Made by a program: the position numbers and the translations under genes. This document shows positions 43,326 to 53,283 of a stretch of DNA of 64,000 bases, one piece after another; position 1 is the stretch's first letter, and every line of letters begins with the position of its first letter. This DNA comes from Candidatus Poribacteria bacterium (GTDB lineage: Bacteria; Poribacteria; WGA-4E; PCPOR2b). The stretch is from the NCBI GenBank assembly GCA_965218095.1, contig OZ244587.1, positions 3,296,001-3,360,000 on the forward strand, given 5' to 3'. Under the pieces are notes generated by a model, which was not told the DNA's origin, searched no databases, and saw nothing but the letters and a program-made list of their open reading frames with translations.

Positions 43326-44180
43326 TCAAGACGCTGCCTGTTCAATCGCTCGACGGGTGTAGACCTTCGCTAGGTTCTCACGGTACGCCTGACTTGCATG
43401 GATGTCTTCCAAAGCATCTACCCCATCAACAGCTTTCTCAGCCGCTGCGGCGATGTTCTCGGTGGTGAGCGCCTTGCTCGTCAACTCGGATTCGACGCCC
43501 GTTGCGCGATAAGCCACATCGGCGACGCCGGTAATGCTGATGGCAATTTTCTGGCAGGTGTGTCCAGATTTTGTCAGGACAACCGCCACGCCGGTGAGGG
43601 CAAATCCTGATGCCACCTGATGCAGCTTGAGGTATGTTCCTTTCGTGTTAGCATCCGGAATTGGCACATGAATTGCGGTAAGGATCTCTTCGTCTCCGAG
43701 ATCGGTTTCGTACAGCCCCTGAAAGAAATCCGTGGCATTGACAACGCGCTCACCATCAGGGCCAGCAACATGGATTCCAGCATCGAGCGCCAGAATTGTC
43801 GCGGGCCAATCGGCAGCTGGATCGGCGTGCGCCAGACTTCCGCCAATGGTGCCTTTGTTGCGTACTTGTACGTCACCGATTTCACCAGCTGTCTGAGCGA
43901 GGACCGGAACTTTCTGCTGAACCAGACCTGACCCCTCTAGTTCATAGTGGGTGGTCAATGCGCCGATAACCAGTTTTCCATCAGACTCAGAAATTCCTTT
44001 CAAGTCGTTGATATGTCCAATATCGACGATGACCGCTGGTTCAGCCAACCGCAGCTTCATCGTCGGAATCAAGCTATGTCCACCAGCAAGCACCTTTGCA
44101 TCGTCCCCATGTGCCTGTAAGAGCGACAACGCTTCATCGAGTGATGTCGGTGCAAAGTATTCAAAACTCCCCGGGATCAT
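43326..44180 (-). CDS. coxM: FAD-binding medium subunit, CO dehydrogenase/xanthine dehydrogenase family
   Basis: MIPGSFEY.AP, LAGGHSLIP.MKLR, QVRNKGTIGGSLAHADPAAD. Confidence 0.9.
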   Translation of the reverse strand: MIPGSFEYFAPTSLDEALSLLQAHGDDAKVLAGGHSLIPTMKLRLAEPAVIVDIGHINDLKGISESDGKLVIGALTTHYELEGSGLVQQKVPVLAQTAGEIGDVQVRNKGTIGGSLAHADPAADWPATILALDAGIHVAGPDGERVVNATDFFQGLYETDLGDEEILTAIHVPIPDANTKGTYLKLHQVASGFALTGVAVVLTKSGHTCQKIAISITGVADVAYRATGVESELTSKALTTENIAAAAEKAVDGVDALEDIHASQAYRENLAKVYTRRAIEQAAS

Positions 44181-46528
44181 GAGTTGTTCCCTCCTTTCGC
44201 GTCTTGGATCGCCTGCCACACGTGGTTCGGCGTTAGAGGCATATCAATATGCGTAATCCCCAACGGCGATAAGGCATCCACAACCGCATTGACGAGGCAC
44301 GGCGACGAGGCAATCGTTCCGGCTTCACCAACCCCTTTGACCCCCATCGGATTCACAGGAGATGGCGTCACCGTATGGTCCGTTTCAAAGCGGGGCAACT
44401 GCGTCGCCTTGGGAACGGCATAATCCATCAATGAACCGGTCAAAAGTTGCCCGTTTTCATCGTAAACCGCGCCTTCATACAAGGCCTGCCCTAAGCCTTG
44501 TGCAATGCCGCCATGTACCTGTCCGGCGACCAGTAAGGGGTTAATAATATTCCCGCAATCATCAACGGCGACATATCGCTGCATATCGATCTCGCCGGTG
44601 TCGGGGTCAACCTCAACCACTGCGATGTGCGCGCCAAATGGATAGGTGAAGTTCGACGGTTCAAAGAAATGCGTCGCTTCAAGTCCGGGTTCGGTATCCG
44701 GGGGGAGATTCTTGGCGACGTGCGCTTCCAGCGATACCGTTGTGAAATCAACGGCTTGATTCGGCGAACCTTCCACAAAGATCTTTCCATCTTCAAAAAC
44801 GAGGTCATCGGGGTTCGCTTCCATCAAATGCGCCGCGAATTTTGCCATTTTTTCCTTCACCTGACCCGCGGCGATAACCATCGCAGTTCCACCGACAGCC
44901 GTCGCACGGCTACCGAATGTCCCGATGCCGTAAGGCTGCCGTCCCGTGTCGCCATGGATAACCACAACATCGTCAATGTCCACCCCCAACTCATCGGCGA
45001 TAATCTGCGCAAAGCTGGTCTCTTGACCCTGGCCGTGTGGCGAAACGCCGCTCAACACCGTAATTTTTCCAGTCGGCTCGACCCGGACAGTACTACTTTC
45101 CCAACCGCCGGCAGGCATGGCTATTGATGGCCCCATTCCGCAGATTTCGGCATAGGTAGAGATGCCAATTCCCAGGTATCTTCCCTGCTGACGAAGTTCC
45201 GCTTGCTGATTCCGCAACCCATCGTAGTCGACAATTCCCAATGCCTTGTTAAAGCTTTCCTGGTAATTGCCACTGTCGTAGATAATGCCAGTAGGGATTT
45301 CAAGCGGAAATTCTTCTGGCTGCGGGAAGTTCTTAAATCGAATATCCTTCGCATCCATCCCCAGCTCCTGCGCCGCCAGATCTACAATGCGTTCAATGAT
45401 GTAGGTCGCTTCTGGGCGTCCTGCACCACGGTAGGCATCTGTCGCCATCTTATTCGTCAAGACGCCGATCAATTCCAATTTGACATTTGTAATCTTATAG
45501 GCCCCCACAATCATGAGGTTCGTCAATGTGGGAATGAGCGGGGTGAGCAATTGATAGGATGCCCCGAGATTGGCGAGTATTTTCGCGCGAATCCCTGTGA
45601 TTGTCCCATCGTTTTTGACCGCGAGATCAACGTAGTTGACCTGATCTCGCCCATGAATCGTCGTCGTAAAGTTCTCCGTCCGCTTTTCGACCCATTTCAC
45701 AGGTTTACGTAATTGAATCGACAAATGTGAGACAATAACCTCTTCAGGGTAAACGTTCAATTTGCTGCCAAAACCGCCGCCAACTTCCGGGGCGATGACG
45801 CGGACTTTCTGTTCAGGAACGTTGACAGCAAGAGACAACTGAGTTTTGAGAATGTGTGGAACCTGTGTTGATGACCACACGGTTAATGTCCCTTCGCCCG
45901 GAAGGTATTCAGCCAAGACTCCACGTGTCTCCATCGCGTTTGGAATCAGACGCTGGTTCACGAACCGCTGAGAAACAATGTGGTCGGCTTCAGCAAAAGC
46001 CCCATCCACATCTCCCGCCTCTAACGGCATTGTAAAGCCAATATTGTCGCCAAAGTCTTCGTAAATCAGCGGAGAATCCGGCTCCACTGCCTGATCCAGA
46101 TCAACGACAGCAGGTAGTTCTGCATATTCAACTTCAATCAGATCCAGTGCATCTCGGGCGATATACGGATCGATTGCCACAACCGCGGCAACCGGCTCCC
46201 CAACGAAGCGCACTCGTCCCGCCGCTAGCGCGGGGTGATCGGGAGCCTTGAGGTCCGGAATCTCCGCACCGCAGGGAATCCCGCCAACCTTCCCCTCAAG
46301 ATCTTCAGCGGTAACCACAGTAACGACGTCGGGCAGATTCTTCGCGGCTTCTGTATCAATGCTTTTGATCTCTGCGTGCGCATAATCGCTGCGCAGGAAC
46401 GTACAGTGAAGGGTTCCCACCAGCTTAATGTCATCGACATAGTGGGATAACCCTTGAATTAACCTCGGATCTTCGCGCCGTTTAATCGGGGCGCCCATCA
46501 TCCGAGTCGGTGCCGCCATTGTTGCCAT
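44177..46528 (-). CDS. coxL: Molybdopterin large subunit, form II CoxL-like
   Basis: RREDPRLI, VGGGFGSK, active-site loop AYRGAGR (form II), GQGQETSFAQI, KGVGEAG. Confidence 0.9.
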   Translation of the reverse strand: MATMAAPTRMMGAPIKRREDPRLIQGLSHYVDDIKLVGTLHCTFLRSDYAHAEIKSIDTEAAKNLPDVVTVVTAEDLEGKVGGIPCGAEIPDLKAPDHPALAAGRVRFVGEPVAAVVAIDPYIARDALDLIEVEYAELPAVVDLDQAVEPDSPLIYEDFGDNIGFTMPLEAGDVDGAFAEADHIVSQRFVNQRLIPNAMETRGVLAEYLPGEGTLTVWSSTQVPHILKTQLSLAVNVPEQKVRVIAPEVGGGFGSKLNVYPEEVIVSHLSIQLRKPVKWVEKRTENFTTTIHGRDQVNYVDLAVKNDGTITGIRAKILANLGASYQLLTPLIPTLTNLMIVGAYKITNVKLELIGVLTNKMATDAYRGAGRPEATYIIERIVDLAAQELGMDAKDIRFKNFPQPEEFPLEIPTGIIYDSGNYQESFNKALGIVDYDGLRNQQAELRQQGRYLGIGISTYAEICGMGPSIAMPAGGWESSTVRVEPTGKITVLSGVSPHGQGQETSFAQIIADELGVDIDDVVVIHGDTGRQPYGIGTFGSRATAVGGTAMVIAAGQVKEKMAKFAAHLMEANPDDLVFEDGKIFVEGSPNQAVDFTTVSLEAHVAKNLPPDTEPGLEATHFFEPSNFTYPFGAHIAVVEVDPDTGEIDMQRYVAVDDCGNIINPLLVAGQVHGGIAQGLGQALYEGAVYDENGQLLTGSLMDYAVPKATQLPRFETDHTVTPSPVNPMGVKGVGEAGTIASSPCLVNAVVDALSPLGITHIDMPLTPNHVWQAIQDAKGGNNS

Positions 46529-46590
46529 AATTAAGGTTCCTCCTTATTTGCATGATAAGGGTTCAAAGATTCAGAGATACGGTTCAGAAT

Positions 46591-47167
46591 TCAAGATTCA
46601 GGTACGTATTCACGGAGCCATGTTTCCCAGTCATCACCATCGTCAATGCCATAAACCGCTTGCGATTCACGGGTAGTGCGATTATTAGCTTTTGTCTGTG
46701 GGAAACCGGCTTGATGGCTCTCCGCGACGCTTTGTGTGTAGCGATACAGGTCTCTTCCGGGTTGTTCGTACTCACGGAGGAAGTATTCACCACGCGCCTG
46801 GGCCAACGAACCTGTATCTGTGAGCAGTTCTATGTGTTCCTTCGTCTCATCGCAAGAAGCAATAGAGTAGGTCAGGAAACGGAGATAGTCTCCCTTGTAG
46901 AACCATCGCCCGTAGCCTTCAACGAAGTTGGAAACAATCGCCAGAAACTGCGCTTTTCGGCTGTCATTCTGAGACTTTGCGAAGAATCTCAGCGTCAGAG
47001 ATCCTTCACTTCGTTCCGGATGACAGTCACCGCTAAAAGCGCAATTTTACCCGACGCCGGGTATACATTTCAAACTTGGGCAACTCCTCAAGGGTCATTC
47101 GATGAACTTCTACCGCCAGCCGATGGGCCGACTGATATACGCCTATCGTTTTGTAACCCTTTGCCAT
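46591..47167 (-). pseudogene. Four-helix-bundle protein (23S rRNA-IVS/bAvd-like, TIGR02436-type) interrupted by a palindromic insertion
   Basis: MAKGYKTIGVYQSAHRLAVEVHRMTLEELPKFEMY [insert] IVSNFVEGYGRWFYKGDYLRFLTYSIASCDETKEHIELL; GGAGG RBS. Confidence 0.85.
46940..47064. mobile_element. Palindromic REP/MITE-like insertion (GTCATTCTGAG...GAAGAATCTC...GAGATCCTTC...GATGAC core)
   Basis: Nested inverted repeats AAACTGCGCTTTT...AAAAGCGCAATTT; starts at a TATA on the gene's strand; replaces conserved residues of the four-helix-bundle gene. Confidence 0.75.
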
Positions 47168-47179
47168 GAAACTATCCTC

Positions 47180-47220
47180 CCTTCATCCTTGCATCTTGTA
47201 TCTTGCATCCTGCATCTTTG
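47180..47220. repeat. Heptamer tandem array (ATCTTGC/ATCTTGT/ATCCTGC) upstream of the four-helix-bundle gene
   Basis: CATCCTTGCATCTTGTATCTTGCATCCTGCATC; inverted-type array GATTCAG/AATTCAA at 46560-46602 on the other side. Confidence 0.75.
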
Positions 47221-47694
47221 TTATCCTTGCAATTGTTCAGCGGCATATTGAACCGCATCGACGATGTGCTGATAACCTGTACAGCGGCAGAGATTCCCTT
47301 CCAACCCGTGCCGAATCTCATCTTCCGTCGGGTTGGGATTCCGCTGTAGCAACTGATGCGCAGCCATAATCATCCCCGGTGTGCAGAAACCACACTGCAA
47401 TCCATGACGCTCCCAGAACCCCTCCTGGATTGGGTGGAGTTCTTCGCCCTGCGCCAAGCCTTCAATGGTTGTGATTTCTGTGCCATCCGCCTGAACTGCC
47501 AGCATCGTACACGATTTGACAGCCTGTCCATCAATCATAAGTGTACAGGCGCCACACAAGCTGGTTTCGCAGCCGACGTGTGAGCCGGTCAAACCGACGA
47601 CATCCCGAATGTAGTGAATCAAAAGCATCCGCGGCTCAACTTCATGCGTGTGCACCTGTCCATTGATTGTCGTATGAATGACTTTCTTAGCCAA
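47221..47694 (-). CDS. coxS: [2Fe-2S] small subunit, CO dehydrogenase/xanthine dehydrogenase family
   Basis: [28 protein letters not shown]; GGAGG RBS; TTG start. Confidence 0.92.
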   Translation of the reverse strand: MAKKVIHTTINGQVHTHEVEPRMLLIHYIRDVVGLTGSHVGCETSLCGACTLMIDGQAVKSCTMLAVQADGTEITTIEGLAQGEELHPIQEGFWERHGLQCGFCTPGMIMAAHQLLQRNPNPTEDEIRHGLEGNLCRCTGYQHIVDAVQYAAEQLQG

Positions 47695-47821
47695 GTGTAT
47701 TACCTCCCTATAGACATCTCGCCCCTAACGGGGCGGAAGAAAACCTTACTTTTCCTGAAGTTAAATGGCATTATATCAGAACCGGGTTTTTACTGCAACA
47801 AAAAAAACTGTGGGCTGTGAC

Positions 47822-47850
47822 TTGACAGTTTCACCCGCCTGTCGTATAGT
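47822..47850 (+). promoter_or_regulatory. Sigma70-type promoter candidate for the ECF-Kelch gene
   Basis: TTGACA-N17-TATAGT. Confidence 0.55.
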
Positions 47851-48028
47851 AGAGCGAGCAGCACCATTTTCGATCTATCGGGCCTCTACCAGTGAAAAAC
47901 GTCTATTTTTCAAAAAATTCGCTCGGATGAAAGTTTTTTGACATGAGCGGTGTCATACAGGATGCAAGATTCAGGGTGGAAGTGCTGAATTCTTGAATCC
48001 TAAATCTCTTAATCACCGGAGCCAAACC

Positions 48029-49888
48029 GTGCGTACGGAAGATGGATATCTCATTGATAAATGCCTCAACGGCGAACCGGAAGCGTTTGGCTTGCTGGTT
48101 GATACATACAAATCCAGCCTCTATGCGTTGGCGTATGCCAGAGTGCGGAACCTCCACGACGTGGAAGACATCACCCAAGAGGCGTTTATCAAAGCGTACA
48201 AGAACCTTCGTACCTTGAAACGCGGGGACAGCTTTAAGGCGTGGCTCTATTCGATTACGTCGAATCTGTGCAAGAACTTTTTGCGCTCGAAATCTCGGCG
48301 TCCGGACGACGAATTTATCGACAATCCGGGCGTAGATGTCGCGGAACCGACGGTGGTGGATGACGCGCTTGATGACCCAATGCACGAAATGCTCCATGAA
48401 TCCTTAGCGGCGCTGCCGGCGATGTATCGAGAAGTCTTGACGCTCCACTATCTGGGCGGCATGAAAAGTCGAGAGATTGCCCAGTTTCTTGGAACATCGA
48501 AGAACACGATCGATACCCGCCTGAGACGCGCCAAATCATATCTAAAAGAGGAGATGCTTACCATGATGAGTACAACGTTTGAACAATACCGCTTACAACC
48601 GAGTTTCACTTTCCGCATTATGGAAATGATCAAAGAGACGAAGATCCAGTCTGCCCCACACAAGACGACTCTCCCCTGGGGACTTTCAATCGCAGCAGGA
48701 CTGGTTGCTATTTTTATCAGTTTCACCGTTCCCTTCAGCCCACTTTTCCCTATTGGGACGCTGATTGGTTCAGCGCTTCCCACTCAAACGCAGGTCGCGG
48801 AGTTTGGCGAGATCCCTGTTGATACCATAGAAATTACGGAGATTACTGTCCTTTCCACTAAAAAAGGGGATAGAGATTTCGGACAGAAGCCCAGGCCCAA
48901 TCCGATAAGCGCCTTCGCTCCTGCGAGACAAGAGGGGAAGTGGAGAGGGAGAGCTCGTATGCGAACTAAAAGATGGATGTTGGCTGCCACTGTTGTGAAC
49001 GGGAAGATTTATGCCATCGGCGGGTTTGGGCCTACTAGGTTTAACGCAAAGACTCTCCCAACGGTGGAGGAGTATGACCCCGTAGCGGATAAATGGACAA
49101 AGAAAGCGGACATGCCAACCCCAAGATATGTTCTGTCGGCGAGTAGCGTGAACGGGAAGATTTATGCCATCGGCGGGTGGGCGGGACGTGCGAAGGGCAC
49201 TCGTTCAACAGTGGAGGAATATGACCCAGTAACAGATACATGGACCCAGAAAGCGGACATGCCAACCTGGAGATCCTCCCTTTCCACCAGTGTGGTGAAT
49301 GGGAAGATTTATGCCATTGGCGGAGGGGAACCTGGTAAAGTATTTTCGACCGTGGAGATGTACGATCCTGTGACGGACAAATGGACCCAGAAAGCTGATA
49401 TGCTGACCGCAAGATCGGGTTTGTCCACAGACGTGGTGAATGGAAAGATTTATGCCATTGGCGGGAGTGATTCTGTTGAGGATTTTCCGACCGTGGAGAT
49501 GTACGATCCGGCGACAGATATGTGGGTGAAGAAAGCGGACATGCCAACCCCTAGATCCGATTTCGCTACAGGCGTGGCAAGGGGAGGGATTCATGCCATT
49601 GGTGGTACGGCAATGATCAGACGCGGTGAACTGGGTATATGGGAAACCATTTCAAAAGTTGAAGTGTATCAGCCGGCAAGGGACAGATGGACAAAGGAGG
49701 TCGACATGCGGGTGCCACGCGGCTATATTGCCGCCGGTACGGTCAATGGAAAGATTTATGTCATCGGCGGCACGTCAGTACGCCCTGGCCTGCCGCTTGC
49801 AAAAGTGGAAGAATTTGACACCGGATTCGCCGTCAACCCCGCAGGAAAACTCGCCACATTGTGGGGGCAAATCAAATCCGCGCGCTAG
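48029..49888 (+). CDS. ECF sigma factor fused to a TM segment and a Kelch beta-propeller, ending in a GKLATLWGQIK motif
   Basis: Region 2 (VEDITQEAFIKAY, SFKAWLYSI), region 4 (LPAMYREVL...EIAQFLG...RLRRAK), hydrophobic segment, 6 Kelch repeats (VNGKIYAIGG...VE.YDP.TD.WT.KADM); probable GTG start at 48029. Confidence 0.92.
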   Translation: MRTEDGYLIDKCLNGEPEAFGLLVDTYKSSLYALAYARVRNLHDVEDITQEAFIKAYKNLRTLKRGDSFKAWLYSITSNLCKNFLRSKSRRPDDEFIDNPGVDVAEPTVVDDALDDPMHEMLHESLAALPAMYREVLTLHYLGGMKSREIAQFLGTSKNTIDTRLRRAKSYLKEEMLTMMSTTFEQYRLQPSFTFRIMEMIKETKIQSAPHKTTLPWGLSIAAGLVAIFISFTVPFSPLFPIGTLIGSALPTQTQVAEFGEIPVDTIEITEITVLSTKKGDRDFGQKPRPNPISAFAPARQEGKWRGRARMRTKRWMLAATVVNGKIYAIGGFGPTRFNAKTLPTVEEYDPVADKWTKKADMPTPRYVLSASSVNGKIYAIGGWAGRAKGTRSTVEEYDPVTDTWTQKADMPTWRSSLSTSVVNGKIYAIGGGEPGKVFSTVEMYDPVTDKWTQKADMLTARSGLSTDVVNGKIYAIGGSDSVEDFPTVEMYDPATDMWVKKADMPTPRSDFATGVARGGIHAIGGTAMIRRGELGIWETISKVEVYQPARDRWTKEVDMRVPRGYIAAGTVNGKIYVIGGTSVRPGLPLAKVEEFDTGFAVNPAGKLATLWGQIKSAR

Positions 49889-49921
49889 AACAAACCCACT
49901 TTCTCACCTCCTTCCCTTTCC

Positions 49922-49960
49922 AAAGCCTCGTGTGACTTCGGTTACATGGGGCTTTTTATT
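49922..49960 (+). terminator. Intrinsic terminator
   Basis: AAGCCTCGTGTGAC-TTCG-GTTACATGGGGCTT followed by a T-tract. Confidence 0.8.
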
Positions 49961-50276
49961 TTATGCGCCCCCGTGCGAATCCAAAGCTGGCTTTAACTCA
50001 GTAAACGCAGATTATTCAAAATCAATTCGCTGCTGGATGACATTTTTGAGCCACTCTTCCGCGCTGGACATCTTATGCAACTGAGCGAGAAAAGCGGGTT
50101 GCGTGGCTAACTCATTGGGAAAGGGAATATAGCATACACCATATCTTTTGTCTAGAAAGTGATTTGCCTTTCAGGGGTATCCAGTTTTCGGGCCTAATCA
50201 GCAAAACGTTCGGTCTTTGAGGCGCCATTGGTCAATCTCCATTCATGGGACGATAAGGGTTGATAAAGGTTATAGC

Positions 50277-51488
50277 TCAGGCCGCCAAAATTCGCTCGTA
50301 TACGCTTATGTGTTCGCCCTCCTTCTCCTCCGAATCGACCAGTTTGAGCCATACCGCCTGATCCTTTCTGTCGCCGCTGAGTTGCTGGACGTCGCCCGCA
50401 TTCTCCGGATGGACGCCACTCCAGATCACTTCCCCATCTTGCAGGTAGATGAACACGCCAGCGTAATGCTCCACTAGCCGGTCCCGATTATCCCGAAAAA
50501 ACAGCCCCTGTTGGCATGCGGTTCGACGCAGATTGGCGATTTTTTCATTGGGGTCCATCTCTGCGGAGTCAAACTCCGCCAGGGGCGGCTTTAGCCCACC
50601 CATGTCAAAATCGATCTCGTCCAAATCCACTGTACCAAAACCGTGCTCCGCAGCCACCGCGATGGGACTGCGATCGCGACGGTAGGGCGGGTGTGGCCAG
50701 TCGAGGCGAGGGGCGGTACCCATCAGATAGGTCCCGCAAGCATCGGTGGCAATGACATGATCGCCGGCAACTAACGCATCACAGATGCGTCCCTCCCCGC
50801 CCCACTCCCGTTTTGATTGACCCGTCAAGCCGTCGATGATGTTAAGGCAGGGCTGGGTGATTAAACCGAGGTCGGGTAGCACGTAGGAGAGCCGAATAGC
50901 ATGATGAAAGTAGGTCCGAACCCGGCCGTGGGGTGGTATGGGTGGTAAACCAAAAAGGTTCTTGAGACATAACGTGATGCCCATAAAGGCATGGTTTTTC
51001 ATCTTGGCGATGGAGACAAAGGCGTCGGCCTCGCCAAGGGCAGCAGAAAGCTGGTATTCAGAGAACATCAAGCCGCCGCCGGGAACCTTGTACCGCTCGA
51101 AGGGCGGATCGCCGGCTTCGACATAAGGGATATCAAACTCCTCGAAGATTGGGCCGGTATTAAAATCGTCCCCAGGACGCTGACCAGCAGGTACCATGCT
51201 GGTATCGATAACAAAAATATGTGCGTCGGTGCGCTCCTGCAAGAGACGCAACGATGCACACAGCACATCCTCATCCACCAGTTCTTGGCGCCGCCCGCCA
51301 ATGCGACGGATGTTATCGGTACGCATCTGCATGTTTACCTTGATACCGATTTTGCGGGCTTTTTCTATCTTTTCCCAGGATCGGGTTAGGGGGGTGGTAA
51401 TCGCCTTGAGCTTTTCGTAGATTTCCTCCTGGGATGCCTTGTGACTGCATGGAATGGCACGGACTTTGTAGGCTTTTTCTTGAATCAT
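50277..51488 (-). CDS. DUF362 domain protein
   Basis: IGIKVN, SIAKMKNH...ITLCLKNLFG, LNIIDG, DHVIATD; start MIQEK after AAGGAGG. Confidence 0.85.
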   Translation of the reverse strand: MIQEKAYKVRAIPCSHKASQEEIYEKLKAITTPLTRSWEKIEKARKIGIKVNMQMRTDNIRRIGGRRQELVDEDVLCASLRLLQERTDAHIFVIDTSMVPAGQRPGDDFNTGPIFEEFDIPYVEAGDPPFERYKVPGGGLMFSEYQLSAALGEADAFVSIAKMKNHAFMGITLCLKNLFGLPPIPPHGRVRTYFHHAIRLSYVLPDLGLITQPCLNIIDGLTGQSKREWGGEGRICDALVAGDHVIATDACGTYLMGTAPRLDWPHPPYRRDRSPIAVAAEHGFGTVDLDEIDFDMGGLKPPLAEFDSAEMDPNEKIANLRRTACQQGLFFRDNRDRLVEHYAGVFIYLQDGEVIWSGVHPENAGDVQQLSGDRKDQAVWLKLVDSEEKEGEHISVYERILAA

Positions 51489-51927
51489 GCTGAAAACCTC
51501 CTTCGATTGCGGATTGTTGCGATTCAGCGTCACGAATGAATTCGAAGGCATTCTCGTAGCGTATTTCGTAAACGGTTTTATTCGCCATTTTCAGGAATTG
51601 CCTGTCAAAACTCTATACACATGCTGTGTAAGTTGTCAAGGAATACTATTTAGAAGATTGCGCGAGGGCTAAGGATTATGGTAAAATGAAATGTGCATCA
51701 ATTGGGTTTATTGTTGCATTCGCACCCTGGCCCGGGCTTTCTCCCTCCTTGATATAGTTGGCGTCAGCAGGTATTATAGCATAGGACTTTATTCCTTTGA
51801 AAGCAAAATGGCATCAAACTGTAGTGGTCAGGAAGATGGCAGACAATTTGCGGCTTGGATTTACCGAGCAAAAGTGTCGATTGACCATTACAAAAATGGT
51901 ATCAAGCTCAGAATTTGAGGAATTACG

Positions 51928-52926
51928 ATGGCACAAACCGAAATAGCGACGAAAGGCACACAGGTTGTTGTCAGACTAGACAACAGCGTCGGAACAGACG
52001 TTTTTGAGATTCGCCATCCGGGCAGGGGGGAAGTGCTTGTTGAAACGGTGCGCACGCTGATTAGCGCAGGAACGGAACTCGGCACGCAAGCGCAGCAGCG
52101 GACACACAATCTCACCCTCGGTTATTCTAATACTGGACGGATTATCGGCCTGGGTGAAGGAGTTGAAGGCTACGAAATTGGGGACCGTGTGCTGTGCCTG
52201 GGGCGTCATGCAAGCCACGTAACGGTTTCCGCTGCGCCACAATCGCTGGCGAAGCTGCCCGACAGCGTCTCCTTTGAGGATGGCGCTTTTGGCGTACTCG
52301 GGAGTGTCTCGATGCACGGCGTCCGAAAAGCGCGGATTGAACTTGGGGAATTCGCAGCGATTACGGGGATGGGCCTCGTCGGTCAATTGGCGCTGCAACT
52401 TTCGGCGCAAACAGGCTGCGACTTGCTCATCGCAATTGATCTGAGCGATCGACGTTTGGGGCTCGCAAAGGCTGTGGGAGCGACCCACGTCCTGAACCCA
52501 GGCTGCTGCGATCTCCGTTCTGAAGTTGAAAGAATCACCGAAGGTCGTGGGTTGGACGTAATCATCGAAGCATCGGGGTATCCTGAACTCCTGCCAATTG
52601 CGTTTGATATGGCACGAATCGGTGGACGTATCATGGCGTTGGGTTCGATCTGGCATCGCAAGGTCGAGATAGATTTCATGGATTTCCATTTGAAGGAACT
52701 GGTGCTCGTCGGCTGCCATCAGCCGAAATGCCCAACAGTTGCGACGCCTGCCTTTCCGTGGACGCAGCAGTACAACCGTCGCCAGATTCTGAAGATGATT
52801 GAACGTGGTGGACTCAACGTGAGTCGTTTAATCACCCACCGTCTGCCTTACACAGAAGCGGGTGAAGCCTATCGGCTGCTGCGTGATGAACGCGATAAAT
52901 CGCTGGGAGCCATGTTGATATGGTAG
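51928..52926 (+). CDS. Zinc-binding alcohol dehydrogenase-family (MDR) oxidoreductase
   Basis: TLISAGTE, GYSNTG, GMGLVGQL, IEASG, LITHR. Confidence 0.88.
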   Translation: MAQTEIATKGTQVVVRLDNSVGTDVFEIRHPGRGEVLVETVRTLISAGTELGTQAQQRTHNLTLGYSNTGRIIGLGEGVEGYEIGDRVLCLGRHASHVTVSAAPQSLAKLPDSVSFEDGAFGVLGSVSMHGVRKARIELGEFAAITGMGLVGQLALQLSAQTGCDLLIAIDLSDRRLGLAKAVGATHVLNPGCCDLRSEVERITEGRGLDVIIEASGYPELLPIAFDMARIGGRIMALGSIWHRKVEIDFMDFHLKELVLVGCHQPKCPTVATPAFPWTQQYNRRQILKMIERGGLNVSRLITHRLPYTEAGEAYRLLRDERDKSLGAMLIW

Positions 52927-52933
52927 GAGTACA

Positions 52934-53128
52934 ATGAACAGACGCATTGTCGGTTACGATTTTGCACGGTCGCTCGCGGTGTTGGGAATGGTGGTCGTGA
53001 ATTTTAAGGTCGTCATGGGTGCTGAAAAAGCTGGATCTCATTATAAAAATCCGGGGAGCCGGAGTTCGTGGGATCTTTACGCCTATAACCTTGTGGAAAA
53101 AAGAGAGTTCCGGATAACAACAGATTGA
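52934..53128 (+). pseudogene. Remnant: DUF418-type N-terminus joined to an unrelated fragment
   Basis: MNRRIVGYDFARSLAVLGMVVVNF, then a WDLYAYNL...RITTD fragment. Confidence 0.5.
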
Positions 53129-53283
53129 ATGGAATTACAACATGGACGTTCAGATTGTGGACGTCGTTGGATTCGCTGCCTTTCGGTGTATCTACGATTG
53201 TTCGCTTGCCCAAGTGCTTTGGAAGCTGTCACGAAATTTGCAAAGTACACTTCTCAATTTTCTTAAACAGGAGGAAATAAAAC

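Noticed and set aside
46552-47169. 205-aa plus-strand ORF between coxS and coxL
   Set aside because: Antisense to the recognisable four-helix-bundle pseudogene and reads through the palindromic insert
48990-49780. Near-identical DNA repeats as a DGR template/variable pair or CRISPR array
   Set aside because: They are in-frame Kelch repeats; no reverse transcriptase or cas gene is present and I see no adenine-specific variation
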